In this document: one piece after another, positions 38,638-48,050 of the stretch
Layout: each line of letters starts with the position of its first letter
How positions within the stretch are numbered: the first letter of the stretch is position 1
Source of the DNA: an uncultured Candidatus Actinomarina sp.
GTDB taxonomy: Bacteria; Actinomycetota; Acidimicrobiia; Actinomarinales; Actinomarinaceae
Direction: 5' to 3'
Assembly: GCA_902634185.1 (NCBI GenBank)
Contig: CACPJC010000002.1
Span: 96,001 to 160,000 of the forward strand
DNA: 64,000 nucleotides
Notes under the pieces: generated by a model
The model's input: only the letters and a program-made list of their open reading frames with translations
Told to the model about the DNA's origin: nothing
The model's database searches: none
Program-made: the position numbers and the translations under genes

Positions 38638-39544
38638 TTTAGCAATAATTGGTTCTGGTCCTGCTGGGTATACAGCTGGAATTTATGCTGCAAGGGCTAA
38701 CCTGGAACCAGTCTTATTTGAAGGGTTAGAGTCTGGTGGACAGTTAATGCTCACTACAGATGTTGAAAATTATCCAGGTTTTGATCAAGGAATTATGGGT
38801 CCTGAAATGATGCAGGTCTTTAAAAATCAAGCTGAAAGGTTTGGAACAAAAATTTTAACTGAGACTGTAGATTCAATAGAAAAGATTGAAAATGGATTTA
38901 AGCTAACAACTTCGAAAAATACTTATGAGTTCAAAACTGTAATTATTTCATCTGGAGCATCTGCGAACTGGCTTGATGTAAAGGGAGAAAAAGAGCTACA
39001 AGGACATGGTGTTTCGGCTTGTGCGACTTGTGACGGTTTCTTTTTCAAAGATAAAAATGTAATAGTTGTCGGTGGAGGAGATTCAGCTATGGAGGAAGCT
39101 TTATTTCTAACTAAATTCGCAAAAAATGTAACTGTTGTCCATAGAAGAGATTCATTTAGAGCAAGTAAAATTATGCAAGACAGGGTACTAAGTCACGATC
39201 AAATTGATGTCTCGTGGAACAAAGAAGTTGTGGAAATTAAAGGTGAGAGTCAAGTTTCATCTGTTCTTCTCAAAGATAGTCAAACAAACGAAATGGAAGA
39301 AAAAGAAATTGATGGAGTTTTCATAGCTATAGGACACACACCAAATGTAAGTTTTTTAAATGGATTTCTAGAGCTTGATGAAAAAGGATATATAAAGACT
39401 GGGTCTACTACTGCTACCAGTACTAGCGTCCCTGGTGTCTTTGCAGCAGGAGATGTTGCTGACTCAATTTATAGACAAGCCGTAACTGCAGCCGGTACCG
39501 GATGCCAAGCAGCAATTGATGCTGAAAGGTGGCTTGAAAATTAA
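38630..39544 (+). CDS. trxB: Thioredoxin reductase
   Basis: GSGPAG, ENYPG, CATCDG, GGGDSA, AAGDV. Confidence 0.95.
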   Translation: MDDLAIIGSGPAGYTAGIYAARANLEPVLFEGLESGGQLMLTTDVENYPGFDQGIMGPEMMQVFKNQAERFGTKILTETVDSIEKIENGFKLTTSKNTYEFKTVIISSGASANWLDVKGEKELQGHGVSACATCDGFFFKDKNVIVVGGGDSAMEEALFLTKFAKNVTVVHRRDSFRASKIMQDRVLSHDQIDVSWNKEVVEIKGESQVSSVLLKDSQTNEMEEKEIDGVFIAIGHTPNVSFLNGFLELDEKGYIKTGSTTATSTSVPGVFAAGDVADSIYRQAVTAAGTGCQAAIDAERWLEN

Positions 39545-40484
39545 ATTTGATTTATCTTCTATTGTTGATAACTTATCGAATGAAGAAGTTGAAGACTTAA
39601 AAAATAAATTAAATTATGTTGGCTACTCAACCAATCAAGATGTTAACGAGTTAAAAACAGTTGTTGAAATATTTGTCGATGACAATAATTTAGAAAACAT
39701 AAAAAACAAAGAAGATCTTTGGAAAGAGCTCATTAATTTTGGATACAAACTTGGAGACAGAATATTAAGTTTTAATACTAAAGAACTCTATGGTTCAGAT
39801 GTTGAAGAACTCCAAGAACTTTTATCAAGAATGGGTTTTTATTCTCAACCTATCAACGGAATATATTCAAATTCTGTTGTTGAAGCTGTAACAAGATTCC
39901 AAGAAAACAGAGGCTTAACTATTGATGGGGTGGTTGGGCTTAATACTGTTTATGAAATTAGAAATTTGGTAAGGCCTGGTCAAGAGATCTCATTAAACGA
40001 AGCAATAAAGTCAATATCACCAAATCTTACTACTGGAACAATAGGTTTTAATGTTTGTTTTGATATTCCAAATTTAGGAACTTACAAAGAACAAATAAAA
40101 TTTTATGATCAGATAAAAAAGAGTTGCATAAATCATGGAATTATTTCGATATTTGCATCAGAAATTAATGAAGAACTAAATCTTGAAAACAAAATTCAAT
40201 ATATTAACAATCTTCAACCAACTTTATTTGTTTCATTTAATAACTCAGAAGAAGAATCAGTTAATTTCTTTAAAGGAAGGTTTTCTGAGAGTGTTGTTGG
40301 AAAAAAAGTTGCAGAACATTTATCTGAAACTTTGAAAATTGAATCAATAGGTAAGTCCTCAAACATTCTTAAAGAAACAAAATCAGTTGGAGTCGTCATA
40401 AATGGTAAATTTTACCAAAAATTACAAATTGATAATTTAATACAATCATTGGTTGATTCTTTAAAGAATCAATTTGAAAACTAA
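39534..40484 (+). CDS. CwlM-like peptidoglycan-binding protein with degenerate amidase domain
   Basis: LGDRIL, GSDVEELQ..L, FQENRGLTIDGVVG; position between trxB and parB as for actinobacterial cwlM. Confidence 0.65.
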   Translation: MKIKFDLSSIVDNLSNEEVEDLKNKLNYVGYSTNQDVNELKTVVEIFVDDNNLENIKNKEDLWKELINFGYKLGDRILSFNTKELYGSDVEELQELLSRMGFYSQPINGIYSNSVVEAVTRFQENRGLTIDGVVGLNTVYEIRNLVRPGQEISLNEAIKSISPNLTTGTIGFNVCFDIPNLGTYKEQIKFYDQIKKSCINHGIISIFASEINEELNLENKIQYINNLQPTLFVSFNNSEEESVNFFKGRFSESVVGKKVAEHLSETLKIESIGKSSNILKETKSVGVVINGKFYQKLQIDNLIQSLVDSLKNQFEN

Positions 40485-41278
40485 TTTATTTTATTAACAA
40501 ACTTATCTAGCTTATCTTTTGAATCAAAGGTAAAAGATAACTTATACTTTTCTTTGCTTTTATTTATTTTTACTTTTGATCCTGTTTTGTCCTCAAAAAA
40601 GTTTTTATAGTGAGTGACTTCTTGATCAGAAATTTTCTCACTACTAAGATCTCTTACTTTATCTTCTACCGCCCTACTTGAAAGCTTCAGAGAAATAATT
40701 TCATTTAGAATAGAGTTTTGTAAATTAAATTCTAAATTAATGAGTGGACGTACTTGCCCCATTGAGACTTTTTCTTCTTTTAAAGCTTGATAAACTATGT
40801 CGCTTAAATTTGTTAAACGTAGAATATTAGAAACGTGTGCTCTGCTTTTACCAACCAGTAGTCCTATTTCTTCAGGGCTTAGATTGAATTTTTCTGATAT
40901 TTCTTTATATCCCATTGCCTCATCAATATGGTTTAATCTTTCTCTTTGAATGTTCTCAACCAGGCCAACAATTGCTGCGTCTCTCTCGCTAATGTCTTTT
41001 ATGAGACAAGGTACTTTTTCTAGGCCGACCATTTTTGATGCTCTTAATCTTCTCTCTCCAGCAATTAACTTATATTTATTTGGCTCCACTTCTTGAACAA
41101 TTAGTGGCTGAAGTAAGCCATTTTTTTGGATTGAATTTTTTAACTCATTTAGTTTATTTTCGTCGAATGTTGTTCTTGCTTGAGAATTACTCTCAATAAT
41201 GTTTTGGACATTTATTTCTCTTACCTTATATTCTCTTACATCTGTATCAGTTATAAGACTGCTCAATGATCTTTTCAT
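40481..41278 (-). CDS. parB: Chromosome partitioning protein ParB
   Basis: GLLQP, IAGERRLRA, ENIQRE.L, GKSR.HVSN. Confidence 0.9.
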   Translation of the reverse strand: MKRSLSSLITDTDVREYKVREINVQNIIESNSQARTTFDENKLNELKNSIQKNGLLQPLIVQEVEPNKYKLIAGERRLRASKMVGLEKVPCLIKDISERDAAIVGLVENIQRERLNHIDEAMGYKEISEKFNLSPEEIGLLVGKSRAHVSNILRLTNLSDIVYQALKEEKVSMGQVRPLINLEFNLQNSILNEIISLKLSSRAVEDKVRDLSSEKISDQEVTHYKNFFEDKTGSKVKINKSKEKYKLSFTFDSKDKLDKFVNKIN

Positions 41279-42032
41279 TAATATTCATCCTTTCTAATAA
41301 TTCATTAGCTAATTGATAAAACTCTTTTTTTGATTTGTTGTCATCGGTAAAATCTTCAACGGTTTTTAAATAATATGGGCTATCAGCAACATCTGCCGAG
41401 CTTGAAACTTTTGTATTTAAGAGTTTATCTGCCAACAAATACTCAAGTTCTTTTTTAAAATCAAGATAGCTTGATCTTCCACTTTCTATTTGGTTTAATA
41501 CAACACCCAGGAAAACGGGGTTAACTTTTATTTGTTTTGAAATTGTTTCTTTTGCAAAAGACATTGCTTGAGAAACTCCTTCTATTGCTAAAAATTCTGG
41601 TTTTGTTGGTATTAAATAGAAATCAGAAGCACACAATGCTTCTTGTACAAGTGAACTCATTGTTGGAGGTGTATCAAAAATTACTATATCAAAGTATTTA
41701 AAAACGAATGATTGCAGAGCCTTTGCTAGAACAGAACCTCCGATTATTTTTTCATTATTAAATTTTAAAATAGATTCATTTGAGGGAATTAAGGCTAAAT
41801 TATCACCAAGAAAAGCGATTTCTTTTTCCAATTTTCCTTCCATAAGATCCTGTGAAGTAAGTATTGATTTTTTTTGTTTATCAAAATCAAGATAAGTTGA
41901 CGTATTACCTTGTGGGTCTAAATCAACAATTAGTGTTTTTATTCCATTATTTGAATATATTTTTGCAATATTTACAACAATAGTGGTTTTTCCAACACCG
42001 CCCTTTTGACATAATATCGATAAAGATTTCAC
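41247..42032 (-). CDS. parA: Chromosome partitioning ATPase ParA
   Basis: QKGGVGKTT, DLDPQGN, DTPP. Confidence 0.9.
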   Translation of the reverse strand: MKSLSILCQKGGVGKTTIVVNIAKIYSNNGIKTLIVDLDPQGNTSTYLDFDKQKKSILTSQDLMEGKLEKEIAFLGDNLALIPSNESILKFNNEKIIGGSVLAKALQSFVFKYFDIVIFDTPPTMSSLVQEALCASDFYLIPTKPEFLAIEGVSQAMSFAKETISKQIKVNPVFLGVVLNQIESGRSSYLDFKKELEYLLADKLLNTKVSSSADVADSPYYLKTVEDFTDDNKSKKEFYQLANELLERMNINEKIIEQSYN

Positions 42033-42646
42033 ATATCAGTTATAACATCTATATAACGAAAATTATTTTTATTTATAAGAAACTTTTCTTGTTTCACGTG
42101 AAACATTGAATTAAATATTTCTGATGATTGAGAGTTAGATGAGACAAATATTGTTAAATTATTATCTTTGAGTTGTTTTTTTTCTAACGTTTTCAGAATA
42201 TTAGAGGTTGAAACATAGCATCTCATTACGATTATTGAGTTTTTTGCCTCTTTTAGAATTGTTTTTGCATCTTTTTTTATAGGTTTAGCATTGTTCAAAT
42301 TTAAAATTTTTACTAATCTTTCCAGTTCATATATTCTTTTTTGTTTGTTGTCTACTAATGAAACATTTGTTTTGTTTACAATTGAGATGGGTATGCCGGG
42401 TATTCCGGCTCCTGTCCCAAGGTCAATAATTTCACATTCACTTAAATTTTTGAATTTTTTAATTAATTTTGCAAAATAAAGTGAGTGAATTATAAATTCA
42501 TCCCAAATAAATTGATCTGTTTTTTTACTAATTAAACCCGTTTTTATGGCAGTATTTTTTAGCCATTCATGATATTCAAATAATTTATCTTGATGATTTT
42601 TAAAGTCGTCTAAACCCCACTCTGGTATCTGGGGTTCAAAATTCAT
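42029..42646 (-). CDS. rsmG: 16S rRNA m7G527 methyltransferase
   Basis: DLGTGAGIPGIP; synteny between jag and parA. Confidence 0.8.
   Translation of the reverse strand: MNFEPQIPEWGLDDFKNHQDKLFEYHEWLKNTAIKTGLISKKTDQFIWDEFIIHSLYFAKLIKKFKNLSECEIIDLGTGAGIPGIPISIVNKTNVSLVDNKQKRIYELERLVKILNLNNAKPIKKDAKTILKEAKNSIIVMRCYVSTSNILKTLEKKQLKDNNLTIFVSSNSQSSEIFNSMFHVKQEKFLINKNNFRYIDVITDM
42090..42105. promoter_or_regulatory. parS: parS centromere site
   Basis: Perfect palindrome TGTTTCACGTGAAACA inside rsmG, just upstream of parAB. Confidence 0.95.
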
Positions 42647-43395
42647 TCTTCTTCGTTGCTACTAGGTGCAAAAACTACTGATCTATATGGCTCTCTACCT
42701 TCAGAATATGATCTAATTCCATCTATTTCTGCAACAGCATCATGAAGGGTCTTTCTGTCTACAGAGTTCATTGGTTCGAGCATAACTTCCTGTTTGTCCT
42801 CTAATATTTGTTTAGTAAGTCTCTCAGCATAAATTGTTAGAGCCTCTTTCCTTTTTAAAGCATAATCTGCCACATCAAGTCTTAGTCTTGTTCCAGCACC
42901 TGTTTTTCTTTGAACTGCTGTTCGTGTTAGTTCATGAAGTGACCGAATAATAATTCCTTTTTCCCCTACAAGGGCTTCGGTTTGTTCTCCTTTAACGTTT
43001 ACAACAAGATTTTTATCTTCAACTTCCCCTTCAACTTTTCCATCAAGCCCAAAAGAGTCAATTAGTCCTTGTAAAAAGTCAACTGATACCTTTAATTGTT
43101 CATTGGGGTCTGCTTCAACCCTTGGTTTTTTTGGCTCATAGCTTCTTTTTTCTCTTTTTCTATTGTCTCTTTTGTTCCTTTGTTTGTATTGTCTTGAGTT
43201 ATTGTTTTTAAACCCAGATCTAACTGAGATTCTTACAAGGGCTTTTGTTCCTCCAACTCCAAAAACTCCGCCTTCGGGTTCGCGTAAAATACCTATGTTG
43301 GCTTCAGTTGCATCCTCTAAATTAAGCTCTTTCAAACCTGCTTTAATTGCATCATCAATGGTTTTTGCTTCAACCTCTACCCATTTGTCTGACAT
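42643..43395 (-). CDS. jag: Jag/EloR (KhpB) RNA-binding protein
   Basis: Jag_N (AKTIDDAI), KH-like domain, R3H (RKTLH), SEGREPYR. Confidence 0.85.
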   Translation of the reverse strand: MSDKWVEVEAKTIDDAIKAGLKELNLEDATEANIGILREPEGGVFGVGGTKALVRISVRSGFKNNNSRQYKQRNKRDNRKREKRSYEPKKPRVEADPNEQLKVSVDFLQGLIDSFGLDGKVEGEVEDKNLVVNVKGEQTEALVGEKGIIIRSLHELTRTAVQRKTGAGTRLRLDVADYALKRKEALTIYAERLTKQILEDKQEVMLEPMNSVDRKTLHDAVAEIDGIRSYSEGREPYRSVVFAPSSNEEE

Positions 43396-44213
43396 TATTT
43401 TCTCCTTCTTTTTTTTCTGTTTTTGCGAGGATCTTCTTGCTGCTTGGTTTCTGGTGTTTCCTCGTTCTCTTCGTTATCTTTTTCAGTTTTATCACTTTTG
43501 TCCTCTTTGTCTTCTATGCGAATAATTAAGGCTTGTTGACCAATTCTGAAAATATTTCCTGTTAAGAAATATACGACAAGACCTGAAGGCAAAGTCCAGG
43601 AAATGAACCCGAAAAATATTGGCATAACCTTTCCAATCATTTGCATTTGCTGTGCTTGTGGGTTGTCGCTTTTTCCTTGTTTCTTTGTAATTTGTTGTTG
43701 TTGAAATAGTGCGGTTGCAACAACCATTAAAATAAGAACAATGTATGGAACTCTTTCTACCCATCCTGATATTTCAGATGCAGGTATTTGAAGATCCATG
43801 TTAAAGAAAAGAATGTTTATATTGTTTTCTAGATCTGAAAATAGAGATTCAGATTTTGGTATAAACAAGAGCGGTTCTCTCAACACTCTAAACAAAGCAA
43901 ACCAAACTGGCATTTGTACCAATAAAGGAACAACGCAACCAAGCGGGTTGATTCCTTTTTCTTTGTAAAAAGCTGCTATTTCTTTGTTTAATTCTTCTTT
44001 ATTGTCTTTATGTTTTTTCTGTAACTTCTTTAGCTCTGGTTGAACATCTTGCATTCTTTTGGTAGACCTCGTCTGCCTAAGAGTTAGTGGGAAAATAATT
44101 ATATTAATTATGACCGTCAAAATGGCTATAGAAATCCCATAGGAGGGGACATATCCGTAAACAAATGATAGCAAAAAGCCAATAGCTAGTGCAAAAGGTT
44201 CAATTATTGCCAA
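43395..44213 (-). CDS. yidC: Membrane protein insertase YidC
   Basis: YGISI, PL..Q, NPLGC.P.L.QMP, P.GL..Y. Confidence 0.9.
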   Translation of the reverse strand: MAIIEPFALAIGFLLSFVYGYVPSYGISIAILTVIINIIIFPLTLRQTRSTKRMQDVQPELKKLQKKHKDNKEELNKEIAAFYKEKGINPLGCVVPLLVQMPVWFALFRVLREPLLFIPKSESLFSDLENNINILFFNMDLQIPASEISGWVERVPYIVLILMVVATALFQQQQITKKQGKSDNPQAQQMQMIGKVMPIFFGFISWTLPSGLVVYFLTGNIFRIGQQALIIRIEDKEDKSDKTEKDNEENEETPETKQQEDPRKNRKKRRRK

Positions 44214-44416
44214 TTTTTACCAAACTTTCTATATACGGGATTACATTTATAAACCCTTTCTATAAAAACAGGAAGAGTCCTAATTAAACCTTTGTTTTCA
44301 AAGCTTTCTCTTATCGCGTTCGAACAGGTTGGGTAATATAAACAATTTCCCTGACCAATGCCAAAGAGCCCGAGCAGTGAACGAAACACTGTAAACAAAA
44401 TGTTTGTAATCTTCAT
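44204..44416 (-). CDS. yidD: Membrane protein insertion efficiency factor
   Basis: CLYYPTCS...CNP; synteny. Confidence 0.75.
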   Translation of the reverse strand: MKITNILFTVFRSLLGLFGIGQGNCLYYPTCSNAIRESFENKGLIRTLPVFIERVYKCNPVYRKFGKNWQ

Positions 44417-44736
44417 TTTTTAATTAGTTTGGGATGAGAAGAAATTATTTTTTGTATTTCTAAAATCTTTAAATTTAAGTTTTGTTTTGATCCAATAATA
44501 TAAATATCAAAACTTTCTTTATCTTCTAAACCCCTAACTGCCTCTTTAATCCTTCTTTTAAATTTATTACGTTCTACTGCGGTTGTCTGCTTACTTGAGA
44601 TGCTTATACCAAGTCTTGAAACTTTTTCTTGGTTTTTCTCTATATAAACCCTTAATCCTTTTTCAGTAAAACAATTTGTTTCTTTTTTCAGTCTGAAAAA
44701 ATCATTTTTCTTATTCAGTGCAGTAAATCTAACCAA
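44413..44736 (-). CDS. rnpA: RNase P protein component
   Basis: RLGISISSK..AVERNKFKRR.KE. Confidence 0.85.
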   Translation of the reverse strand: MVRFTALNKKNDFFRLKKETNCFTEKGLRVYIEKNQEKVSRLGISISSKQTTAVERNKFKRRIKEAVRGLEDKESFDIYIIGSKQNLNLKILEIQKIISSHPKLIKK

Positions 44737-44741
44737 TTAGC

Positions 44742-44876
44742 TTATGCAGAAAGTGTTTTTCTACCTTTTCTTCTTCTTCTTTTAAGAATTTCTCTGCCAG
44801 CTCTGGTGCTCATTCTCGATCTAAAACCGTGTTTTCTACTTCTTTTTCTATTACTAGGTTGATAAGTTCTTTTCAT
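44742..44876 (-). CDS. rpmH: 50S ribosomal protein L34
   Basis: Manually translated [44 protein letters not shown]. Confidence 0.97.
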   Translation of the reverse strand: MKRTYQPSNRKRSRKHGFRSRMSTRAGREILKRRRRKGRKTLSA

Positions 44877-44943
44877 TTTTCTTCCTGTTTAAACACAATA
44901 TATTAAAAAATTATTTAAACAAAGTAAATTAATATTTAATTTA

Positions 44944-44983
44944 AAAGTTCGCGAAAACAAAACCATCTTCGCGAAAACAAAAC
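44944..44983. repeat. Direct repeat TTCGCGAAAACAAAAC x2 (20-bp period) in the rpmH-dnaA intergenic region
   Basis: 44948-44963 and 44968-44983. Confidence 0.85.
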
Positions 44984-45147
44984 TAACTAGGTTTTATAAT
45001 ATGAAATTCACTTATTATTTTTCTTATTATTTCCTCTAATAAACTCAACAATCGTTGGGTTTTTAGTTGGTGTGTGTTTGTTTTCTAAAAATTAATATGT
45101 TTTTACCACTCTATGATTTCCGAAGAGGTTTTATTAGATTGTTCAGA

Positions 45148-46452
45148 ATGAGTAATTTACTTAAAGAGTTTAAATCTGAAATACACAAACTAGATTTATC
45201 TAAAACTGAAAGATATTGGTTAGAACAAGTAAATTTTGAAATTGACAATGAGTCTTTAAGTATTTTCGTAGGATCAGACTTTGTAAAATCATCAATTGAG
45301 AAAAAACTATATAAAAAAATCAAAAAAACATTCAACATAAGCACGGGATTTAAAGAATGTGTTTTTGTTTTGGATAAGAATATGAAAAAAGACTTTCAAG
45401 CCTATGAATTTGAAGAAAAAAATGAAGATCTATTAAAAAATCAAGAAGAGATAAAAAAAGTTCAGCCTGATTTATCTGTTTTTGACGAGATGTTTGTCGG
45501 CTCCTCTAATAATCTTTCAGTAACGGCAGCAAAAAATGTTGTTAAAGATCCTGGTGGACGTTTTAACCCTCTTTTTGTTTATGGATCTCCGGGGGTTGGT
45601 AAAACACACCTTCTAAAAACTATTGAAAAAGCTCACCCCTCTTCTTTTTATATTGATTCTGAATCTTTTTTAGATTCATATATTCAAGGAATAAAAAATA
45701 AAGATATAGATATATTTAAATCAAAAATAAGGTCTGTCGAAATTTTACTAGTAGATGATATTCAGTTTTTTATGGGTAAAAAGGGTGTTTCAGAGGAGCT
45801 TTTCCACACTATTAATTATTTTTTAAACAATCAGAAAGCGGTTGTTTTGGTTTCAGATCAAAAACCAAATAAACTTTTAGGCTTTCCGGGTCGCCTAATT
45901 TCAAGAATTTTAAACGGTTTAGTTACTGACATTGAAAAACCTGATGAAGAAATGTTTCTTAAAGCAATTGAGAAAGCAAATGTTGAACAGGGCGGTTATT
46001 TGCTTTCTAAGGAAGAGATTAAAAAAATAAGTGGGTTAAGGGTAGATAGTTTTAGAGATATAAACGGAATTGTTAACCAACTCTTAATAAATAAACAAAC
46101 AGGAAAGGGTAATTTCGATTATATTAAGGAGTTGACTTCTGTTTCTAAGTCGGGATTTGTAGAGTCTGTTGGTCCTGATCAAATATTAGATTACGTTTCA
46201 AAGGTTTTTCAAGTTGATAAAAACCTCATATCTTCAAAAAACAGAACATCGAAGGTTAATGAGTCTAGGAGGCTTTTTGCATCTCTGGCAAGGAAACATA
46301 CAGACCTATCATTAAATCAAATAGGTTTGTATCTTGGTGGAAGAAGCCACTCAACAGTTTTAAGCTATATTGATAAATCTAAAGACTCACCTTTAGTTAT
46401 CAAAGAAATAAACAATTTCGACAGTTCACTCTCAATAAAAGAGGTTGGTTGA
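45148..46452 (+). CDS. dnaA: Chromosomal replication initiator DnaA
   Basis: FNPLFVYGSPGVGKTHLL, LLVDDIQF, EELFHT, GGRSHSTV; start placed at ATG 45148. Confidence 0.92.
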   Translation: MSNLLKEFKSEIHKLDLSKTERYWLEQVNFEIDNESLSIFVGSDFVKSSIEKKLYKKIKKTFNISTGFKECVFVLDKNMKKDFQAYEFEEKNEDLLKNQEEIKKVQPDLSVFDEMFVGSSNNLSVTAAKNVVKDPGGRFNPLFVYGSPGVGKTHLLKTIEKAHPSSFYIDSESFLDSYIQGIKNKDIDIFKSKIRSVEILLVDDIQFFMGKKGVSEELFHTINYFLNNQKAVVLVSDQKPNKLLGFPGRLISRILNGLVTDIEKPDEEMFLKAIEKANVEQGGYLLSKEEIKKISGLRVDSFRDINGIVNQLLINKQTGKGNFDYIKELTSVSKSGFVESVGPDQILDYVSKVFQVDKNLISSKNRTSKVNESRRLFASLARKHTDLSLNQIGLYLGGRSHSTVLSYIDKSKDSPLVIKEINNFDSSLSIKEVG

Positions 46453-46570
46453 TTCTTTGTCGGTTTTGTTGTCTTTTTGCTCCTCCAAAATCCTTTTTGT
46501 AAATTGGTTTTTTTTTCTATTTATACATGTCAGACGTTCTTATTACTATTAAATTTATAAAAGATTAAAT
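46453..46570. other. oriC: Probable oriC unwinding region
   Basis: dnaA-dnaN gap; degenerate box TTATACATG (46521-46529), short GC patch, then CTTATTACTATTA (TAA/TAG trios on the minus strand) and an AT-rich tract. Confidence 0.55.
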
Positions 46571-47686
46571 ATGAAGTTTAAAACACAAACAAGCGTATTA
46601 AAGGAAGTAGTTTCTTCTGTTTCTCGAGTTGTTAATCCCAGACCTTCAACACCCGCCCTAACAGGTCTTTATCTTCACGCTTCAGACGGTTTTCTAGAGG
46701 TTATAGGTTCTGATCTGGATATAACAATTAAGTCAAAGATAGTTGTTGACGTAGATGTTGAAGGAAAGTGTCTTGTTAATTCAAATAAACTATCAGAAAT
46801 TGTAAGAAAACTTCCCGAGGGAGAGATTGTCTTTTCTGATGTAGGAAGTGAATTAAAAATAGAAACCAAATCATTAGACTTCACTTTAAGAAAACTGGAA
46901 GACCAGGACTATCCAGAAGCATTCTTGAAAAAACACGAAAAAGACGATCAAACACAAGAAGTGTTGGTTTCAGAGTTGTTTGATTCGTTGAAGAACGTAG
47001 GTATTGCTTCTACTCCAGAGGGTGGAAGACCCGTGTTAACAGGTGTTTATTTCAACAATCAAGACGAAAAAACAGAACTAGCAGCAACAGACAGTTATAG
47101 ATTAGCCACACAACAAATTAGCAACTTCCCAATAAACGATGTGGGAATTATTTCATTTAAATCGTTAAGTGAAGTAATTAGGCTTTTTGAAAATGAAGAA
47201 GAAACACTAAACATTAATTCAAACGAAAAAGATCTTTACTTTTTTAATGACAAATACTTTGCCTCATTAAGAAAAGTAGAAGGAACTTTTCCAGAATATC
47301 AAAACCTTTTTCCAAAAGAAACACTGTTTACAGCAGAGATTGACAAGAAAGAAATATTAGAAAGTCTTGATCGCTCTACTGTCGTTGCTGAGGGGTATAT
47401 ACCCGTAACCTTTATTTTTGAAAACAACGAAAAATTAACAATCACCACACTTAATAAAGACGTTGGTGGTGGAAACGAAAGCTTAAATATAAATATTCTT
47501 GGTGTTGAAACAGGGGATATAAACGGCTTTCAAATGTCTTTCAATCCGAATTTCTTAATTCAAGGCATCGAAGTTTTAGAAGGCAACAAGGTTTACATTA
47601 GATTCTCTGGAAACGAAAAACCGGTAGTAGTACAAGGAGAATCAGAGAACTATAAATATCTCTTAATGCCAGTAAGAGCCTCGTGA
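46571..47686 (+). CDS. dnaN: DNA polymerase III beta clamp
   Basis: RPVLTGV, ATDSYRL, GTFPEY, LLMPVR. Confidence 0.95.
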   Translation: MKFKTQTSVLKEVVSSVSRVVNPRPSTPALTGLYLHASDGFLEVIGSDLDITIKSKIVVDVDVEGKCLVNSNKLSEIVRKLPEGEIVFSDVGSELKIETKSLDFTLRKLEDQDYPEAFLKKHEKDDQTQEVLVSELFDSLKNVGIASTPEGGRPVLTGVYFNNQDEKTELAATDSYRLATQQISNFPINDVGIISFKSLSEVIRLFENEEETLNINSNEKDLYFFNDKYFASLRKVEGTFPEYQNLFPKETLFTAEIDKKEILESLDRSTVVAEGYIPVTFIFENNEKLTITTLNKDVGGGNESLNINILGVETGDINGFQMSFNPNFLIQGIEVLEGNKVYIRFSGNEKPVVVQGESENYKYLLMPVRAS

Positions 47687-47973
47687 AACAAGCAAGTGGA
47701 CCTGAAAAAATAAACATTGAAGAAAACAGTGTTGGAATAAATTTTAAAAAATCAGAACAAGTTAAAAAACACCTTAATAACTCTTCCTACCCCTGGAAGG
47801 ACGAAATATCTTCAGGACCAGTAATTAACGATAGCCTTGTAATTTATGTGGACTCAAAAAGACTAAAAGACATAATCGAACTGGAGTCTCTAAAAATAAT
47901 CAACAATATAGAAAAAAAGCTTGGATTTTCGGTGAATTCTATACGTGTTGAATTGCAAAATAGCCAACAATAA
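47683..47973 (+). CDS. DciA/DUF721-like protein
   Basis: LVIYVDS...L....I...I...LG...I.V pattern; position just before gyrB. Confidence 0.5.
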   Translation: MKQASGPEKINIEENSVGINFKKSEQVKKHLNNSSYPWKDEISSGPVINDSLVIYVDSKRLKDIIELESLKIINNIEKKLGFSVNSIRVELQNSQQ

Positions 47974-48050
47974 TAACGTATTTCTACTAAAATAAGAGTT
48001 CAGCAAGGGGCTGTACTTAATATAAAAAAGAAGCGTATCTTAGGAGATCC

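Noticed and set aside
45001-45039. Aromatic-rich mini-ORF MKFTYYFSYYFL as a leader peptide
   Set aside because: The ATG abuts a TATAAT and has no RBS; explained by the CTTATTATTT repeat in AT-rich origin DNA; no attenuator hairpin
45067-45147. N-terminal extension of DnaA
   Set aside because: Low-complexity, non-DnaA-like sequence; ATG 45148 gives a plausible domain I
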